IMG/VR virus record: IMGVR_UViG_3300028920_000022
Coordinates: 186,001-250,000 of that record
Reading direction: 5' to 3' (one strand)
Length of the DNA stretch: 64,000 nucleotides
Shown in pieces: positions 37,772 to 51,213 of the stretch. A program made the position numbers and the translations under genes. The notes below the pieces were generated by a model. It saw nothing but the letters and a program-made list of their open reading frames with translations, made no database searches and was not told the origin of the DNA. Positions within the stretch are counted from its first letter, which is position 1. Every line of letters begins with the position of its first letter.

Positions 37772-39525
37772 TGTCTCAATATTTAAAAAACAAAATAGAT
37801 GAGCATAAAGATTTGCCAGAAGAGATGTTGCAATTATTGCACAATGATGCCTCATTAATGGCGGCGCTGGGTGTAGGTAACGATAGAGATTTTAATGATT
37901 TTTTTATTATTTCTGCGCACATATTGCCTATATCTAAAGAGCTAGCGGACAAACCTATAGATGAGAAGGAATTAGCCCAACTTTCCCACATTGTATATAC
38001 TAATCGGAACGAGAAGCCGATTAATAATATATTTAGATTTTATGAGGCTGTAGCGGAAGCGATGCGGCAGGCAAACATACCTATTAAGAAAACCGCATAT
38101 CCTCAAGGGTATGGAAATATTTATATCCAAGCCCCGCATAATATGACGCAATGGCTTCAAACCATGCGCGAAATATATGCTTTAGCTAATCGCGAACATA
38201 TGGATTTAGGCAAGGCTTTTAATAAAATAACAAAAAACTGGAAAACAATGGATAGACTTGATTTTGAACATTGGTTATCTTTTTATCAAGGTAATAATCA
38301 TCTTAAATATAAAATAGCTCAATATCATGAGGTTGGTGATGGGGCGGTTTTGCCCACAAGTAATTGGCGGGCACGTTTGCCCGGGGTTCCCCCTCGTATA
38401 CCGGAAACTATTGATGAAAAAACCTTGGAAGAAAAGAAAAACGTTGAAAAAACCCAAGAAGAACAACGCAAACATGATTTTCGGGCAGCCCAAGATGAAG
38501 TAAAGAAAAAGTTAATTGCTCGTTTAACTGCTGCGGAGAAGATTTTTACCAACAATATTGAGGCTTTTAAACGCATGTTGGGTCCGGAGTATTCTAGGTG
38601 GTTATCGGTATTACATGAGATAAAAGGTAGGGTTCAGGTAGCAACACCGGTAAATGCCAAATCTAAACTATTAGAGGATATTTTATATAAGGAGGCGAAC
38701 AAGCTGGAGGCAAATGGGTTGGTAAAGTCAGCAGAAATGGTTAGGAAAATTGCTCAGCAAACTCCACCACCCCCTGTGGGAGCCGATCCGATGGCTACTC
38801 CGGGAGCCGATCCAATGGGAGCCGATCCAATGGGAGATTTAGGACTGGGAGATGCACAACCTGGGGAACAGCCCGGGGCAGCACAAGAGCCAGCCCAACC
38901 AGGAGACGAGCACAAAGCAATGGAAGAGTTTGTTCGCAATATGAATGGAGAACCCGATCCTGATCAGGAAAAACCATTGAAAACTTCTAGTTTAAAGGCT
39001 GAAGCTCAGTTTGCTCCCGAAACGGTTCCCGAAACGGCTCCAGAAACAAAATCTGAGAAAACTCCGGCACAAAAAGCAATGAAAGCTGATGTAGCTGAGA
39101 AAGACATAGAAAACGCATTAAAAAATGTTACTATAACAGATCTTATTGAGAAATTGGATGGGTTAGCTCAGGCATATAGAATTAGGGAAAAGACCCGACA
39201 ATTGACAGTGGTGGATTTAATGATGCAACAGTTGGGTATTTCCTCTTATTTCCCCAATTTATCTGAAGCAATTAATAAAGCCTTTGATTCTAATCAGTAT
39301 ATTTTAACTAGGGTTGAGGACATTTTAGCACGATTGCGAGGAGCTGCTACTAACGAAGGCGGATTGCAAGCCAAATTGCAGGAACAGCAAAACCGAGAAG
39401 CCGAAAGAGCAGCCCGTAAGGCTGGACCATTACCTGAGGAAGAAAAACCCGTAGAGGGACCTGGAAATGAAATGGCAGCGCCTGCAACAGTAGAACCGCC
39501 AGCAACCCCGCCCGGAATAAGATAA
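37771..39525 (+). CDS. putative head-associated protein with Pro/Gly linkers
   Basis: 584-aa ORF; GADPM repeated three times (about 38779-38833); several KxAQ/KxAY motifs. Confidence 0.6.
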   Translation: MSQYLKNKIDEHKDLPEEMLQLLHNDASLMAALGVGNDRDFNDFFIISAHILPISKELADKPIDEKELAQLSHIVYTNRNEKPINNIFRFYEAVAEAMRQANIPIKKTAYPQGYGNIYIQAPHNMTQWLQTMREIYALANREHMDLGKAFNKITKNWKTMDRLDFEHWLSFYQGNNHLKYKIAQYHEVGDGAVLPTSNWRARLPGVPPRIPETIDEKTLEEKKNVEKTQEEQRKHDFRAAQDEVKKKLIARLTAAEKIFTNNIEAFKRMLGPEYSRWLSVLHEIKGRVQVATPVNAKSKLLEDILYKEANKLEANGLVKSAEMVRKIAQQTPPPPVGADPMATPGADPMGADPMGDLGLGDAQPGEQPGAAQEPAQPGDEHKAMEEFVRNMNGEPDPDQEKPLKTSSLKAEAQFAPETVPETAPETKSEKTPAQKAMKADVAEKDIENALKNVTITDLIEKLDGLAQAYRIREKTRQLTVVDLMMQQLGISSYFPNLSEAINKAFDSNQYILTRVEDILARLRGAATNEGGLQAKLQEQQNREAERAARKAGPLPEEEKPVEGPGNEMAAPATVEPPATPPGIR

Positions 39526-40277
39526 TGAAGGTTAGCGATCTATTATCTTTAGTTGATCATACCGCAAAAAGTGCCAAAATTTCACAGCCTTTTATTGTGG
39601 GTGGCGCAGTACGTGATAAGGTAATGGGTCGTTTAGAAAACGTTTCAGATTTAGACATAACTACTGGCGATGAATCTATCCACAAATTAGCTCGGGCAGT
39701 TAAGGAACGTTTGGGAACCATGGGTAATTTTATGGTTTTTCCTGACGGGCACGCCTCTATTGTGATTGATGGTATAAAGCTGGATTTTTCTTCGAATTTT
39801 CATTCTATTGATATAGATAAGAGATTAAAACGTGCAGGGTTAGATAATCCATCGCAAATGTTGCAGGAGTTGTATAGCAGGGATTTTACCGTAAATGCAT
39901 TATTGATGACATTGGATTTGAAGCATATCAAAGATCCTACCGGAATGGGTTTACGAGATATAAGGCGTAAATTGGTACGTACATGTTTACCTGCTTCCAT
40001 TACCTTGCGTGATGATCCCAAACGTATTATTCGTTCAATCTATATGGCAGCTAAACTTGGTTTTAATGTAGATGATGAAATTGTACGATTTGTTATAAAG
40101 CATCCCGACAATATAAATAAAGCAAAAGAAAAATATGTTACAAAAACTTTAATTGAAGCTTATAAACATAATAAACAAATTACGGTTTCTTTATTGGATA
40201 AAATGAAATTATGGAGAAAGATTCATATTAGTCAAAAGATGATGGGTGAGATTCGTGGCAATTTGGGGAGGATATAA
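39525..40277 (+). CDS. class II nucleotidyltransferase (CCA-adding / poly(A) polymerase family), no HD domain
   Basis: FIVGGAVRD...DLDIT (motif A), SRDFTVNAL (B), DPTG (C), RDDPKRIIR (D). Confidence 0.9.
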   Translation: MKVSDLLSLVDHTAKSAKISQPFIVGGAVRDKVMGRLENVSDLDITTGDESIHKLARAVKERLGTMGNFMVFPDGHASIVIDGIKLDFSSNFHSIDIDKRLKRAGLDNPSQMLQELYSRDFTVNALLMTLDLKHIKDPTGMGLRDIRRKLVRTCLPASITLRDDPKRIIRSIYMAAKLGFNVDDEIVRFVIKHPDNINKAKEKYVTKTLIEAYKHNKQITVSLLDKMKLWRKIHISQKMMGEIRGNLGRI

Positions 40278-40876
40278 TGGCAAAAAAGCGTAAAAAGATT
40301 CGTAAAAAGCCATCAGACCCCACCAAACTGATGCCCAGGCAACCTCCGGAGTTAGCTCCTTTGGGAGTATTTAGGAAGAATTTAGATTACACCAGCGAGT
40401 CTCCTTATCATGGTGAGCCAAAGAGTGTATCGGAGTATCGCAAACGACGGGAGCGTAGGCTAAGAAGAAGAAAAATGGCTATGACCATATTGGCAGATGC
40501 TCGTTCCAATGTGTTGGTCATCGACGATGATCAGGAAAGACATAATGGTTTTAACCGCATATTACGCGGCGCAAATGTAAAACATGTATACAATTACGAT
40601 CAGGCAATTGATGCATTAAATAAACAAACGTTTGAGGTAATATATTTTGATCATGATTTAGCGGATTATGGGGATAGCCCTACCGGTTATGGGGAACGAG
40701 AAAGAACTGGAGCTGATATTGCTTTATATTTGGTTAGGATGTTACCAAGAGACAGATATCCTAAACTAGCAGTAATACATTCTTTGAACCCTGTAGGGGC
40801 GCAGAACATAGAGTCAGCATTAAAACCTGCAGGAATTCGTTGTATTCGTCAACCTTATGGTGAACCAAGTGACTAA
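40277..40876 (+). CDS. cyclic-phosphate-processing receiver-like domain protein with basic N-terminus
   Basis: VLVIDDDQER, IYFDHDL, TGADIA, IHSLNPVGAQNI. Confidence 0.75.
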   Translation: MAKKRKKIRKKPSDPTKLMPRQPPELAPLGVFRKNLDYTSESPYHGEPKSVSEYRKRRERRLRRRKMAMTILADARSNVLVIDDDQERHNGFNRILRGANVKHVYNYDQAIDALNKQTFEVIYFDHDLADYGDSPTGYGERERTGADIALYLVRMLPRDRYPKLAVIHSLNPVGAQNIESALKPAGIRCIRQPYGEPSD

Positions 40877-41534
40877 AAAGAAAGTAGTAAAACTGGCAGT
40901 ATTGCGAGACAATAAACAGGACAAATGTCCCTTTGGGCTAAAAATTCCCTGGAGTTGTAGTAATGCCGGGACTGTGATTACAAAGATGGCTCCGTTAAAA
41001 GTGTTGGATGATGAGGCTACTGAGAAAGAGAGATACAGTATAGCTTTGGCGAACGCTCGTTTATTGGCATGGAGTAACCCTGGAGTTCGTTGTGCATATG
41101 CAGGAAAGATATTCAAGGATAAGAATATGGTAGAGTGTAACTGGGGCAGCAATGCTCCGGGAGTTTCTCAAGATCATGCATTACAGAGCAGTCCATATTA
41201 TTCCAGAGTTTATAACACAACCACAATAGATGGATTATATTCTTATCCTCTGGGCTGGTATGGAGATAACAACATTAGTCGCAATCTTTATTATGGAATT
41301 TATTCATTACAAGGGGGATCTAAACCTAGGGATCTGGAAAAGTTTGCCAAATATTTGGGAGATTTAGATAAGGAATTTGAATCTCTGCCGGAGGAAGTAC
41401 AGGTTTTGTTGGTAGATTTTGCTTCGACTTATGCTAATAATGCATCATTAATAAAGAAAGCCACTAGTTTACCATTGGTGAATGATATTTCATTAATTTT
41501 GGAGCGCTGGAAGGAAAAAAATGACTTTAGATAA
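40857..41534 (+). CDS. Cys-containing hypothetical protein
   Basis: CPFGL...CSNAG...CAY...C. Confidence 0.6.
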   Translation: MVNQVTKKKVVKLAVLRDNKQDKCPFGLKIPWSCSNAGTVITKMAPLKVLDDEATEKERYSIALANARLLAWSNPGVRCAYAGKIFKDKNMVECNWGSNAPGVSQDHALQSSPYYSRVYNTTTIDGLYSYPLGWYGDNNISRNLYYGIYSLQGGSKPRDLEKFAKYLGDLDKEFESLPEEVQVLLVDFASTYANNASLIKKATSLPLVNDISLILERWKEKNDFR

Positions 41535-42495
41535 AGCAGCTCAATTAGATATGTCCCAGCCCTGGGAAGGTTTCAGCGTTGATGAGGATGAAGAAATTCA
41601 GGACGTTCTTTTTTCTGATGAATTGTTGGTTGAGGAAGATGGAGAGGGCGATGAGTTTCCTGAGGAAGACGAAGAAACTGAAGAGGATGAAGAGGAAACC
41701 GAGGAAGAAGATGAGGACGAATCCGCCGACAGTTTAACCGGAAAGGTTTTAATACAGGTGGACGACGAAGAGCCAAAAGAACTGGTATTTTCGTTACCTC
41801 AAGTTCCCGGATCAGATAATGATGCTGAAATCGAAGATGTTACGGTAGATGACGAAGAAGAGGTAGAGGTTCCTGCCGAGAGAGATATGTGGGACTGGGG
41901 CGGAGTTGGCAATTTCATGCCTTGGCTCGCGAAGATGTTTCAATCTATTCCTCGTCATAATGGGGTAGAAACTTCTGGATTAGAAAGAGCAATTTCCTTT
42001 TTACAGGCGTTAGATAAATCAATCTCTCGTGCGGTTCGTTCTGATCTTAAAGATGAATTAGATATTGCTCAGATTGAGAAGGCTCGGGATGAGATTCAGA
42101 ACGGAATTGATCGTTTGGAGGAACGATTAGAGCGCATTCATATGAACAAGCGTCCCAAGAGAAAGAAGAAGGCGGAAGTAGACGAAGAGGGATTTGTAAA
42201 AGAGGCTCAGAAGATTACGGGTGTGCGCGGTATTGTGATAACTGTACCTATTTTTATTTCTCGCATTGCTCGCACTTGTATTAATGGTATGGTTTCTGGT
42301 GGACATGATATTGAGGATATGTTTGCTCGCCAAGTAAAGGCTTGGAATCTCACAACTCGTGAACAAGCAGAAACATTGCAGTTATTGGAAGATTCGGGTT
42401 ATCCCATAAGGCGGGATCGTGGTTTCTTGCCCGATGAAGAAATTGACACTACTAAATCGGATAATTTTGATTGGGCAGCGAATTACCCAGCATAA
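41521..42495 (+). CDS. acidic putative head/core protein
   Basis: D/E-rich N-terminal half and an ordered helical C-terminal half. Confidence 0.6.
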   Translation: MTLDKAAQLDMSQPWEGFSVDEDEEIQDVLFSDELLVEEDGEGDEFPEEDEETEEDEEETEEEDEDESADSLTGKVLIQVDDEEPKELVFSLPQVPGSDNDAEIEDVTVDDEEEVEVPAERDMWDWGGVGNFMPWLAKMFQSIPRHNGVETSGLERAISFLQALDKSISRAVRSDLKDELDIAQIEKARDEIQNGIDRLEERLERIHMNKRPKRKKKAEVDEEGFVKEAQKITGVRGIVITVPIFISRIARTCINGMVSGGHDIEDMFARQVKAWNLTTREQAETLQLLEDSGYPIRRDRGFLPDEEIDTTKSDNFDWAANYPA

Positions 42496-42531
42496 TTTGT
42501 TATAAAACATAGGACTAATTACGGAGAAACA

Positions 42532-43110
42532 ATGTCAAAGAAATTCACAATGGAACAATTATCACAGTTTACGGGACTGGAAGAAGCTAAACTGGCAAAA
42601 CTTTTGCTTAAGCTTCACAAGAATGCGGTTGCTAATGGTAAGGTTTTAACCAAGAAGGCTCAGGGAATAGGTGCTTTGGATAACGATCCTCGTAATTTAG
42701 GCATGCTTCCTATAGATGTTCGTACTAAGGCACGAAACCGTAGACCACCGGAGCTTTTTAGTGAGCGTGGTCCCCGTGATAAACCGCGTCCCGAAGCAGC
42801 TCGTATGTTTGCTTTTACTTCACGCGGTATTCCACCCATTATTAATAAAATTAAATCATCTTCAATAACACCACCTAACGCAAAGGATGTAATTGGTCTT
42901 TTGACTCGCGCAATGAGTCCAGACGTACAACAGACACCCGGAATGGCAGGTACATATATATCTCAGGCGTTGTATTTTATGTTTCAGAATGAAAAAGTTT
43001 GGAGAACTGTTATGGATGCCCCAAATAGTGCCGAATGGACGCGCATTATGTGGTTGGCTAAACACCTTCCTGGTGTTGCAGAGAACATTCCTGGCGTTAA
43101 GGGGATGTAA
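42532..43110 (+). CDS. hypothetical protein
   Basis: GGAG SD plus ATG. Confidence 0.6.
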   Translation: MSKKFTMEQLSQFTGLEEAKLAKLLLKLHKNAVANGKVLTKKAQGIGALDNDPRNLGMLPIDVRTKARNRRPPELFSERGPRDKPRPEAARMFAFTSRGIPPIINKIKSSSITPPNAKDVIGLLTRAMSPDVQQTPGMAGTYISQALYFMFQNEKVWRTVMDAPNSAEWTRIMWLAKHLPGVAENIPGVKGM

Positions 43111-43823
43111 TGCGAGGATTAAAGATTACTCCCGTCAGTAGTGAAACCGGGGGTTACGAAGCAGAACAAGAAGGAACCGTAGCCCCCTGGCTGAAGCAGT
43201 TTGCCAAAGCACAAAATGATACCATTGTGCAGCAGGCTCGCCGAAGAAATCAAGCTGCTGGGTATCTAGATCATGTAAAAAACATTCTAGTTAATCGACC
43301 TCGTTATGCAACTGTTGAAGATGCAGTAAATGACTTTCGTAAGCGTACTGGTTTGGATTCTTATTTGGAAGAAATAAAACAATCAGAAGCTAAAAGTAAA
43401 CCAATACAAAAGAAATCTGTTGCATCTAGAATGAATACCCTCGCCAAGATGGGATTAAAAAAAAAAGTAAAGCAAGCCGCTGAACCTTCCGCTTTACCAA
43501 AATCTTTAGCCAAATATACAGAGGCAGCTCCAGATATTGAGAGATTTGTTCGTAATAGGGTTGATACTCTGCATGGTTTAGGTTTATCTGTGCCTCAGTT
43601 ACAGCAAGGCATTTTGGACATGTTTGGTATACGCAATGGGGTTCAGGATGGTGATGTATACAATGATGAAGTTGGAAAGTGGTTAAGCGATCAAATTGAG
43701 GGAGCACAAAATTTGGCTAACAAACCTACCACATCTCCCGAATTAGGATCTGCCACAAACAAGGAGGATTTCCAAGAAGACAGCGATGCATTCGCTGGAT
43801 TGATGCCAGCAAGTCAGTATTAA
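43110..43823 (+). CDS. hypothetical protein
   Basis: Coupled ORF upstream of the terminase. Confidence 0.6.
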   Translation: MRGLKITPVSSETGGYEAEQEGTVAPWLKQFAKAQNDTIVQQARRRNQAAGYLDHVKNILVNRPRYATVEDAVNDFRKRTGLDSYLEEIKQSEAKSKPIQKKSVASRMNTLAKMGLKKKVKQAAEPSALPKSLAKYTEAAPDIERFVRNRVDTLHGLGLSVPQLQQGILDMFGIRNGVQDGDVYNDEVGKWLSDQIEGAQNLANKPTTSPELGSATNKEDFQEDSDAFAGLMPASQY

Positions 43824-43838
43824 TTGCTTGGATAGGTT

Positions 43839-45656
43839 ATGACACAACAAATTTTTGAGAAGTTTAAACTGGGTCTAAAGAATTTGGATCCAGTTTATTT
43901 TTGTGAGTCTAATCTTATTTTAGACGGAAAGCCCTTTCGAATAAATGGAAACGGGTATAAGCCTTATGCGGATATTTATCGTTATATAGGAATTAAAGCG
44001 TTAGAAGAAGATTCTAAACCCGTGGTTTTGGTGAAGGGACGTCAGGTAGGAGCCACTACCATGGCAGCCAACCTGGAGATGTATTTTATGACGTCCGGGT
44101 TGTTTGGCAATAATGGGCGCCCACCAATACGTGTATTGCATTGTTTTCCCACTTTAGTACACGTATATGAATATGCAAAAACTAAATTAAGAGCCACCAT
44201 TTCACAATCTAAACTAATAGACGATCCTAAAAAGCCGAACAAGAAAATACCTTTTGTTGAGTCATGCATAGATAAATCTTCAGATGCCAGCAACTCTTTG
44301 CAGTTTAAACAATTTATTGATGGTAATTTTTTAAGAGTAGAATCAACCGGTTTGGATGCTGACCGTTTGCGCGGTGGTACGGCTGATGTAATTTTATACG
44401 ATGAGGTTCAGGATATTTTCAAAGAAGCTATTTCAAACGCCAACAAACTGTTATCTCAGGCAAAATATGGAAATGGCGGAGTAAAAGTTTATTTTGGAAC
44501 TCCTAAACAAAGGGGAGGACATTACTGGGACATGTGGCAGATGTCCAACCAACAGTATTATCATCTGGGTTGTGAAGAATGTAAGAAACTATTTCCTCTT
44601 TATACTCCAGGCAGTGATGAGTGGAAAAAGATTTGGTTATACGGTTTTACAGTGAAATGTCCACATTGTGGGTGTGAACAAGACAAACGCGATGCCGCAG
44701 AACGCGGCATGTGGGTTCCAATGCGCCCAGAGAACGATAAGTATGTTGGGTACCATATTAATCAAATGTACATGCCTAACTACACCAAAGAGAAAATTCT
44801 CGATGAGCGTCCAGAAGTCAACCCATCGATGACGGAAAGAGGTTATCAGAATGAAGTTTTGGGGGAGTTTTTTCGTGGTGAAGCGTCACCAATCACACCC
44901 GAGGAAATCAAGGAAAAGTGTGCCGATCCGGACAGGGGCATGTCTGAGGGAATTTCTATTAACGAAAATAAAAAAGTATATGTTGGCTTTGACTGGGGCG
45001 GTAAAGATTTTGTGGATGGCGAAAGAAAGACTCAGGGACAATCATACAGTTCTGCGGTGGTTTTAACTGAAGAAGGACCAAACCGGTTGTCTATAAAGTT
45101 TGCCAACCTTTTGAAACGCAACGATATAGAGACGAAAAAAGATATTGTTAATGAGATTTATAGGCGTTATAGTGTCACTTTAGGAATTGGCGATATTGGT
45201 TTTGCTAATGATTTGTCCGAGATACTATATCGGGAACATGGTCATCGATTTTTAGCTAGCAGATCGTCTCCAAACGTTTCTGGTAGAATAAAATTTGATG
45301 AATCTTATATGCCGCCCACTATTGTGTTTGAAAAAGATTATTATATTGGTGAGCTATTTAATATGATGAAGCGAGGAATGATCAGGTTTCCATTTAAAAG
45401 TTATGAAAAAATAATTTGGTTAGTTAATCATTGTTCTAGCATGGAAATTAAAACAACTTCCAATGTTTATGGTGAAGCGATATATAGATTTGTTAAGGGA
45501 ACTACACCTAACGATGGACTGATGGCATTATTAAACGCATATTTAGCTTATAAATTTGATGTTAGCGGTGGTTTTAGTAATAAAATGGCAGGTCTTATGG
45601 ATAAACCTGGACCTAAGAAAATTTCTGCGGTCCTTGGTTATATTCCTAGAATGTAG
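43839..45656 (+). CDS. terL: terminase large subunit
   Basis: VLVKGRQVGAT ATPase motif, ILYDEVQD Walker B, FGTPK coupling motif, CEEC/CPHC Zn ribbon, VGFDWGG and NDGLMA RNase-H-like nuclease residues. Confidence 0.88.
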   Translation: MTQQIFEKFKLGLKNLDPVYFCESNLILDGKPFRINGNGYKPYADIYRYIGIKALEEDSKPVVLVKGRQVGATTMAANLEMYFMTSGLFGNNGRPPIRVLHCFPTLVHVYEYAKTKLRATISQSKLIDDPKKPNKKIPFVESCIDKSSDASNSLQFKQFIDGNFLRVESTGLDADRLRGGTADVILYDEVQDIFKEAISNANKLLSQAKYGNGGVKVYFGTPKQRGGHYWDMWQMSNQQYYHLGCEECKKLFPLYTPGSDEWKKIWLYGFTVKCPHCGCEQDKRDAAERGMWVPMRPENDKYVGYHINQMYMPNYTKEKILDERPEVNPSMTERGYQNEVLGEFFRGEASPITPEEIKEKCADPDRGMSEGISINENKKVYVGFDWGGKDFVDGERKTQGQSYSSAVVLTEEGPNRLSIKFANLLKRNDIETKKDIVNEIYRRYSVTLGIGDIGFANDLSEILYREHGHRFLASRSSPNVSGRIKFDESYMPPTIVFEKDYYIGELFNMMKRGMIRFPFKSYEKIIWLVNHCSSMEIKTTSNVYGEAIYRFVKGTTPNDGLMALLNAYLAYKFDVSGGFSNKMAGLMDKPGPKKISAVLGYIPRM

Positions 45657-45671
45657 CCCAAAAGGAAATGA

Positions 45672-47522
45672 ATGAACGTTCAGCAGCCACAATTCCAGGA
45701 AACTGCCCCTCCAGTTATTACCAATTATATGATAAAATCTGTGTCTCAGCATAGACGTTCTGAGCTAGAAGAAGAGACATATGCTGGAAAATATAGGCAA
45801 CCTGGCGGCGCGCATTTTGCTGTTAACACTACTCATTTGGGTAACGTTACTTTCACTTCTGCTAATAAAATGCGCAAATACGGAGCTACTGCTTTTAGCA
45901 CCGGTACTAGTTCTGGCTCATCTGTTGGTTCTGGTTGGCGTGGCGGTGGTGGAACGGTTCGACAAGTTCCTGAGGTTTATTCTCCTTTATGGTTAAACTC
46001 TAACCTTAATCTTCCGCGAGATCGAGCTACCATCAACGCTTGGTGTCGCTCATTTTATGCTCTTAATCCAATTGTTCAAAATGCTATTTTCTTACATTCT
46101 ACGTATCCTATTTCTAAATTAAACATTAAATGTAAGAACCCAGAAGTTCATCAGTTCTTCCAGAACATGATTGAAGAAATTAGTCTTACAGATGTTTGTG
46201 TCCAAATAGCTCAAGAATATTGGACACTTGGAGAAGCATTTGTATATGCTGAGTTAGATGAAAGCACAGCTAAGTGGAGTCGGATACAGATACAGAATCC
46301 CGACTATATTTCTGTGAAGCGTTCGGTAATTGCTGGAGAGCCAATAATCAGTTTGCGACCTGATGAAAACCTTAGGCGCATTTGTACATCTAATCTTCGT
46401 TCCGATATAGAGCAAAGACAACAAATAGATCCTAGTATTATTGAATATGTGCGCCGAGGCGAAAACATACCAATGGATAATTTTTATGTTTCTCATATTG
46501 CGCGTAAGATTAGTCCTTATGAGATTCGTGGAACCGGGCTTCCAGTTAGTTGTTTTCGCCAGCTGATGTTATTTGACAAGTTACGTGAAAGCAAGTTTGC
46601 CCAAGCGGATAATATGATTAATCCGTTAGCTCTTATTACCATTGGTGGTGGCGGAGACAACTATAAGCCTACTCCTGAAGATTTGAATCAGTGGCGCGAA
46701 CTATTTGAAGAAGCCCAATATGATAAAGATTTCAAGGTTTTTGCGCATGACGGCGTTAAGATTGAATATATTAGTAAGGGCGGTGGCATTTATGATATTT
46801 CCGGAGATATTACACAATTACTGAAGGAAATTTATATTGGATTATTGGTACCACAGGTAATCATGGATGGTGGTGCGGATGTGACTTATGCCAATGGTGG
46901 GGTGGCGTTGGATGTATTGCGTCAGCGTTACATGCAGTTTAGGAATATGTTAACCCAGTGGTTGCGTCGAAAGATTTTTGCTCCTATTTCTCGTTTGAAT
47001 GGGTTTTATGAATATGAGAACAATAAAAAAGTTCTTATAGTTCCAGACGTGGAATGGAATCACATGTCGTTGTTTGACATGGGAGATTATATTGCCAATT
47101 TAACACAACTGTTGTCATCGCAACCAAAGAATGTTTCGTTACAAACTGTATATCGATCATTAGGTCTGGAATTTGAAGAGGAAATGCGTCAGATTCGTCG
47201 TGAAAACGTTGAGCAGATTATTCAAATGAAGGAAATGGAAGCATTACAGCGCATGTCTTTGAATGATTTGCGTTCTATTGGCGATGATGATGAGATTCAA
47301 GAAGTTCAAGAAAGTCCATTACCAGGAGAAAGTGCTTATGATGCAGCCCAGCAGAATATGGCTCCTGGCGGTTTAGGCGGTATGGAAATGGGAATGGGCG
47401 GCGGACTTGGCGGAATGGGAGGCGGTTTAGGCGGAATGGGTATGCCTCCGATGGGCGGAGCCCCTCAGATGGGCGGAGCCCCCGCAGGTGGTCCTCCGAT
47501 GGGCGGAGCACCTCCGATCTAA
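45672..47522 (+). CDS. portal protein
   Basis: Directly after terL; helical wing/stem pattern (NPIVQNAI, EYWTLGEAFVY, IQIQNPDYI, YEIRGTG, EIYIGLLVP); Gly/Met/Pro-rich tail. Confidence 0.75.
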   Translation: MNVQQPQFQETAPPVITNYMIKSVSQHRRSELEEETYAGKYRQPGGAHFAVNTTHLGNVTFTSANKMRKYGATAFSTGTSSGSSVGSGWRGGGGTVRQVPEVYSPLWLNSNLNLPRDRATINAWCRSFYALNPIVQNAIFLHSTYPISKLNIKCKNPEVHQFFQNMIEEISLTDVCVQIAQEYWTLGEAFVYAELDESTAKWSRIQIQNPDYISVKRSVIAGEPIISLRPDENLRRICTSNLRSDIEQRQQIDPSIIEYVRRGENIPMDNFYVSHIARKISPYEIRGTGLPVSCFRQLMLFDKLRESKFAQADNMINPLALITIGGGGDNYKPTPEDLNQWRELFEEAQYDKDFKVFAHDGVKIEYISKGGGIYDISGDITQLLKEIYIGLLVPQVIMDGGADVTYANGGVALDVLRQRYMQFRNMLTQWLRRKIFAPISRLNGFYEYENNKKVLIVPDVEWNHMSLFDMGDYIANLTQLLSSQPKNVSLQTVYRSLGLEFEEEMRQIRRENVEQIIQMKEMEALQRMSLNDLRSIGDDDEIQEVQESPLPGESAYDAAQQNMAPGGLGGMEMGMGGGLGGMGGGLGGMGMPPMGGAPQMGGAPAGGPPMGGAPPI

Positions 47523-47564
47523 AAAACTATTATTATTTCTGCCTTTTAGGTAGGAGGCAGTTTT

Positions 47565-50062
<2,498 letters not shown>

Positions 50063-50063
<1 letters not shown>

Positions 50064-50920
50064 TGCAATCCCTGATTGTTTCCGCTATCGAACTAAATAG
50101 AACCAATAACCAACAGGTTGTTAAGGTTGCAGGAATTGTGCGCCGTCTAAACAATTGGTATAAAAAACTCACCGATCCTGAATATAGAAACAAAGTAATT
50201 CAATTACAACTAGATTCCGTTGGTATTAAAAATGATATTGATGAGCTAGAAAAACATATTTCTAATGTTAATAAATCTATAAAAGATTCTGATGTGGAGT
50301 CATATAATTTTTCTGTAGATAGGGTTAGGGAAATATCCGGTCGTTTGGTTAAAGAGCTAGATAGATACGAACAATCTGCTAGTGCCGCAGATCCCGACGT
50401 AAAGAACCAGTTTGTTGACAAAACACCCAAAGCAATACCTGTTAGTTTAGATAGAGTTAAAAATGTTCATATTTCTAATGCTGTCAGGGAGGCGGTTTGG
50501 AATTTGAAGACGATAAAGGAAACTTTATTGCGCCACAACATGCCTCCGGCAGAAGTTGAAGAGTTGGTTAATGATACTTCTAAAATCAATGAATTTTATA
50601 ACGCCTTAGCACAAGCAGTAAAAGAGGGAGAAATAGTTAAATCTTGGGAGTCTCCAAAATCTAAACTGGACATTAACCGAAATGGAGAGATGCAATATCG
50701 CATCATTACTAAACCCTTTTCTATTCCAGGTACATCGTTTATAGCACAGGTTACTGTAGAAGGTACGGATTTATCTGCCCGAACCGTATCTCCACGACCG
50801 GTATTTTCAGTACATCGTTTTAATTTCTTTGATGCGCGTCAAAAGGCAGCATCCCACTTAGAAACCGCAATAAACCAATCCATGGCAAAACTATTGCATA
50901 AAATTGAGATAGGTGACTAA
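50063..50920 (+). CDS. hypothetical protein
   Basis: Coupled ORF. Confidence 0.6.
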
Positions 50921-51213
50921 TGGGATATACTGACGGATTAAAACCTTTATTGGGGAAAAAGGTGGAGATATACCAGGGGGATAGTCATGAAACCTTGTTG
51001 AAAGCAGATAAGGATATAGCACGCAAGAGTGTTATTCGTGGTACTTTAGCAGAGATTAATGGTGATTGTGTAGTGGTAGAGTGTCCGGTGGGAAACCAAA
51101 CAACAAGGGTGTATATAAACGGATGGTCCATTTCTACTGTGGTAGAACCATCTCCGGGAATTGGAATTTTTACTTTGTATCAAGAAGCAGAGTTTAGGAA
51201 ATCTAAAAAATGA
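50920..51213 (+). CDS. small beta-rich protein (possibly Sm-like fold)
   Basis: LLGKKVEI...IRGTLAEINGDCVVV...VYINGWSISTV pattern; fold is inference. Confidence 0.4.
   Translation: MGYTDGLKPLLGKKVEIYQGDSHETLLKADKDIARKSVIRGTLAEINGDCVVVECPVGNQTTRVYINGWSISTVVEPSPGIGIFTLYQEAEFRKSKK

Noticed and set aside
47539-47560. Hairpin ctgcct/aggcag occluding the SD of the 47565 gene
   Set aside because: It has only 6 bp with a long loop, too weak to support a regulatory claim without folding calculations.
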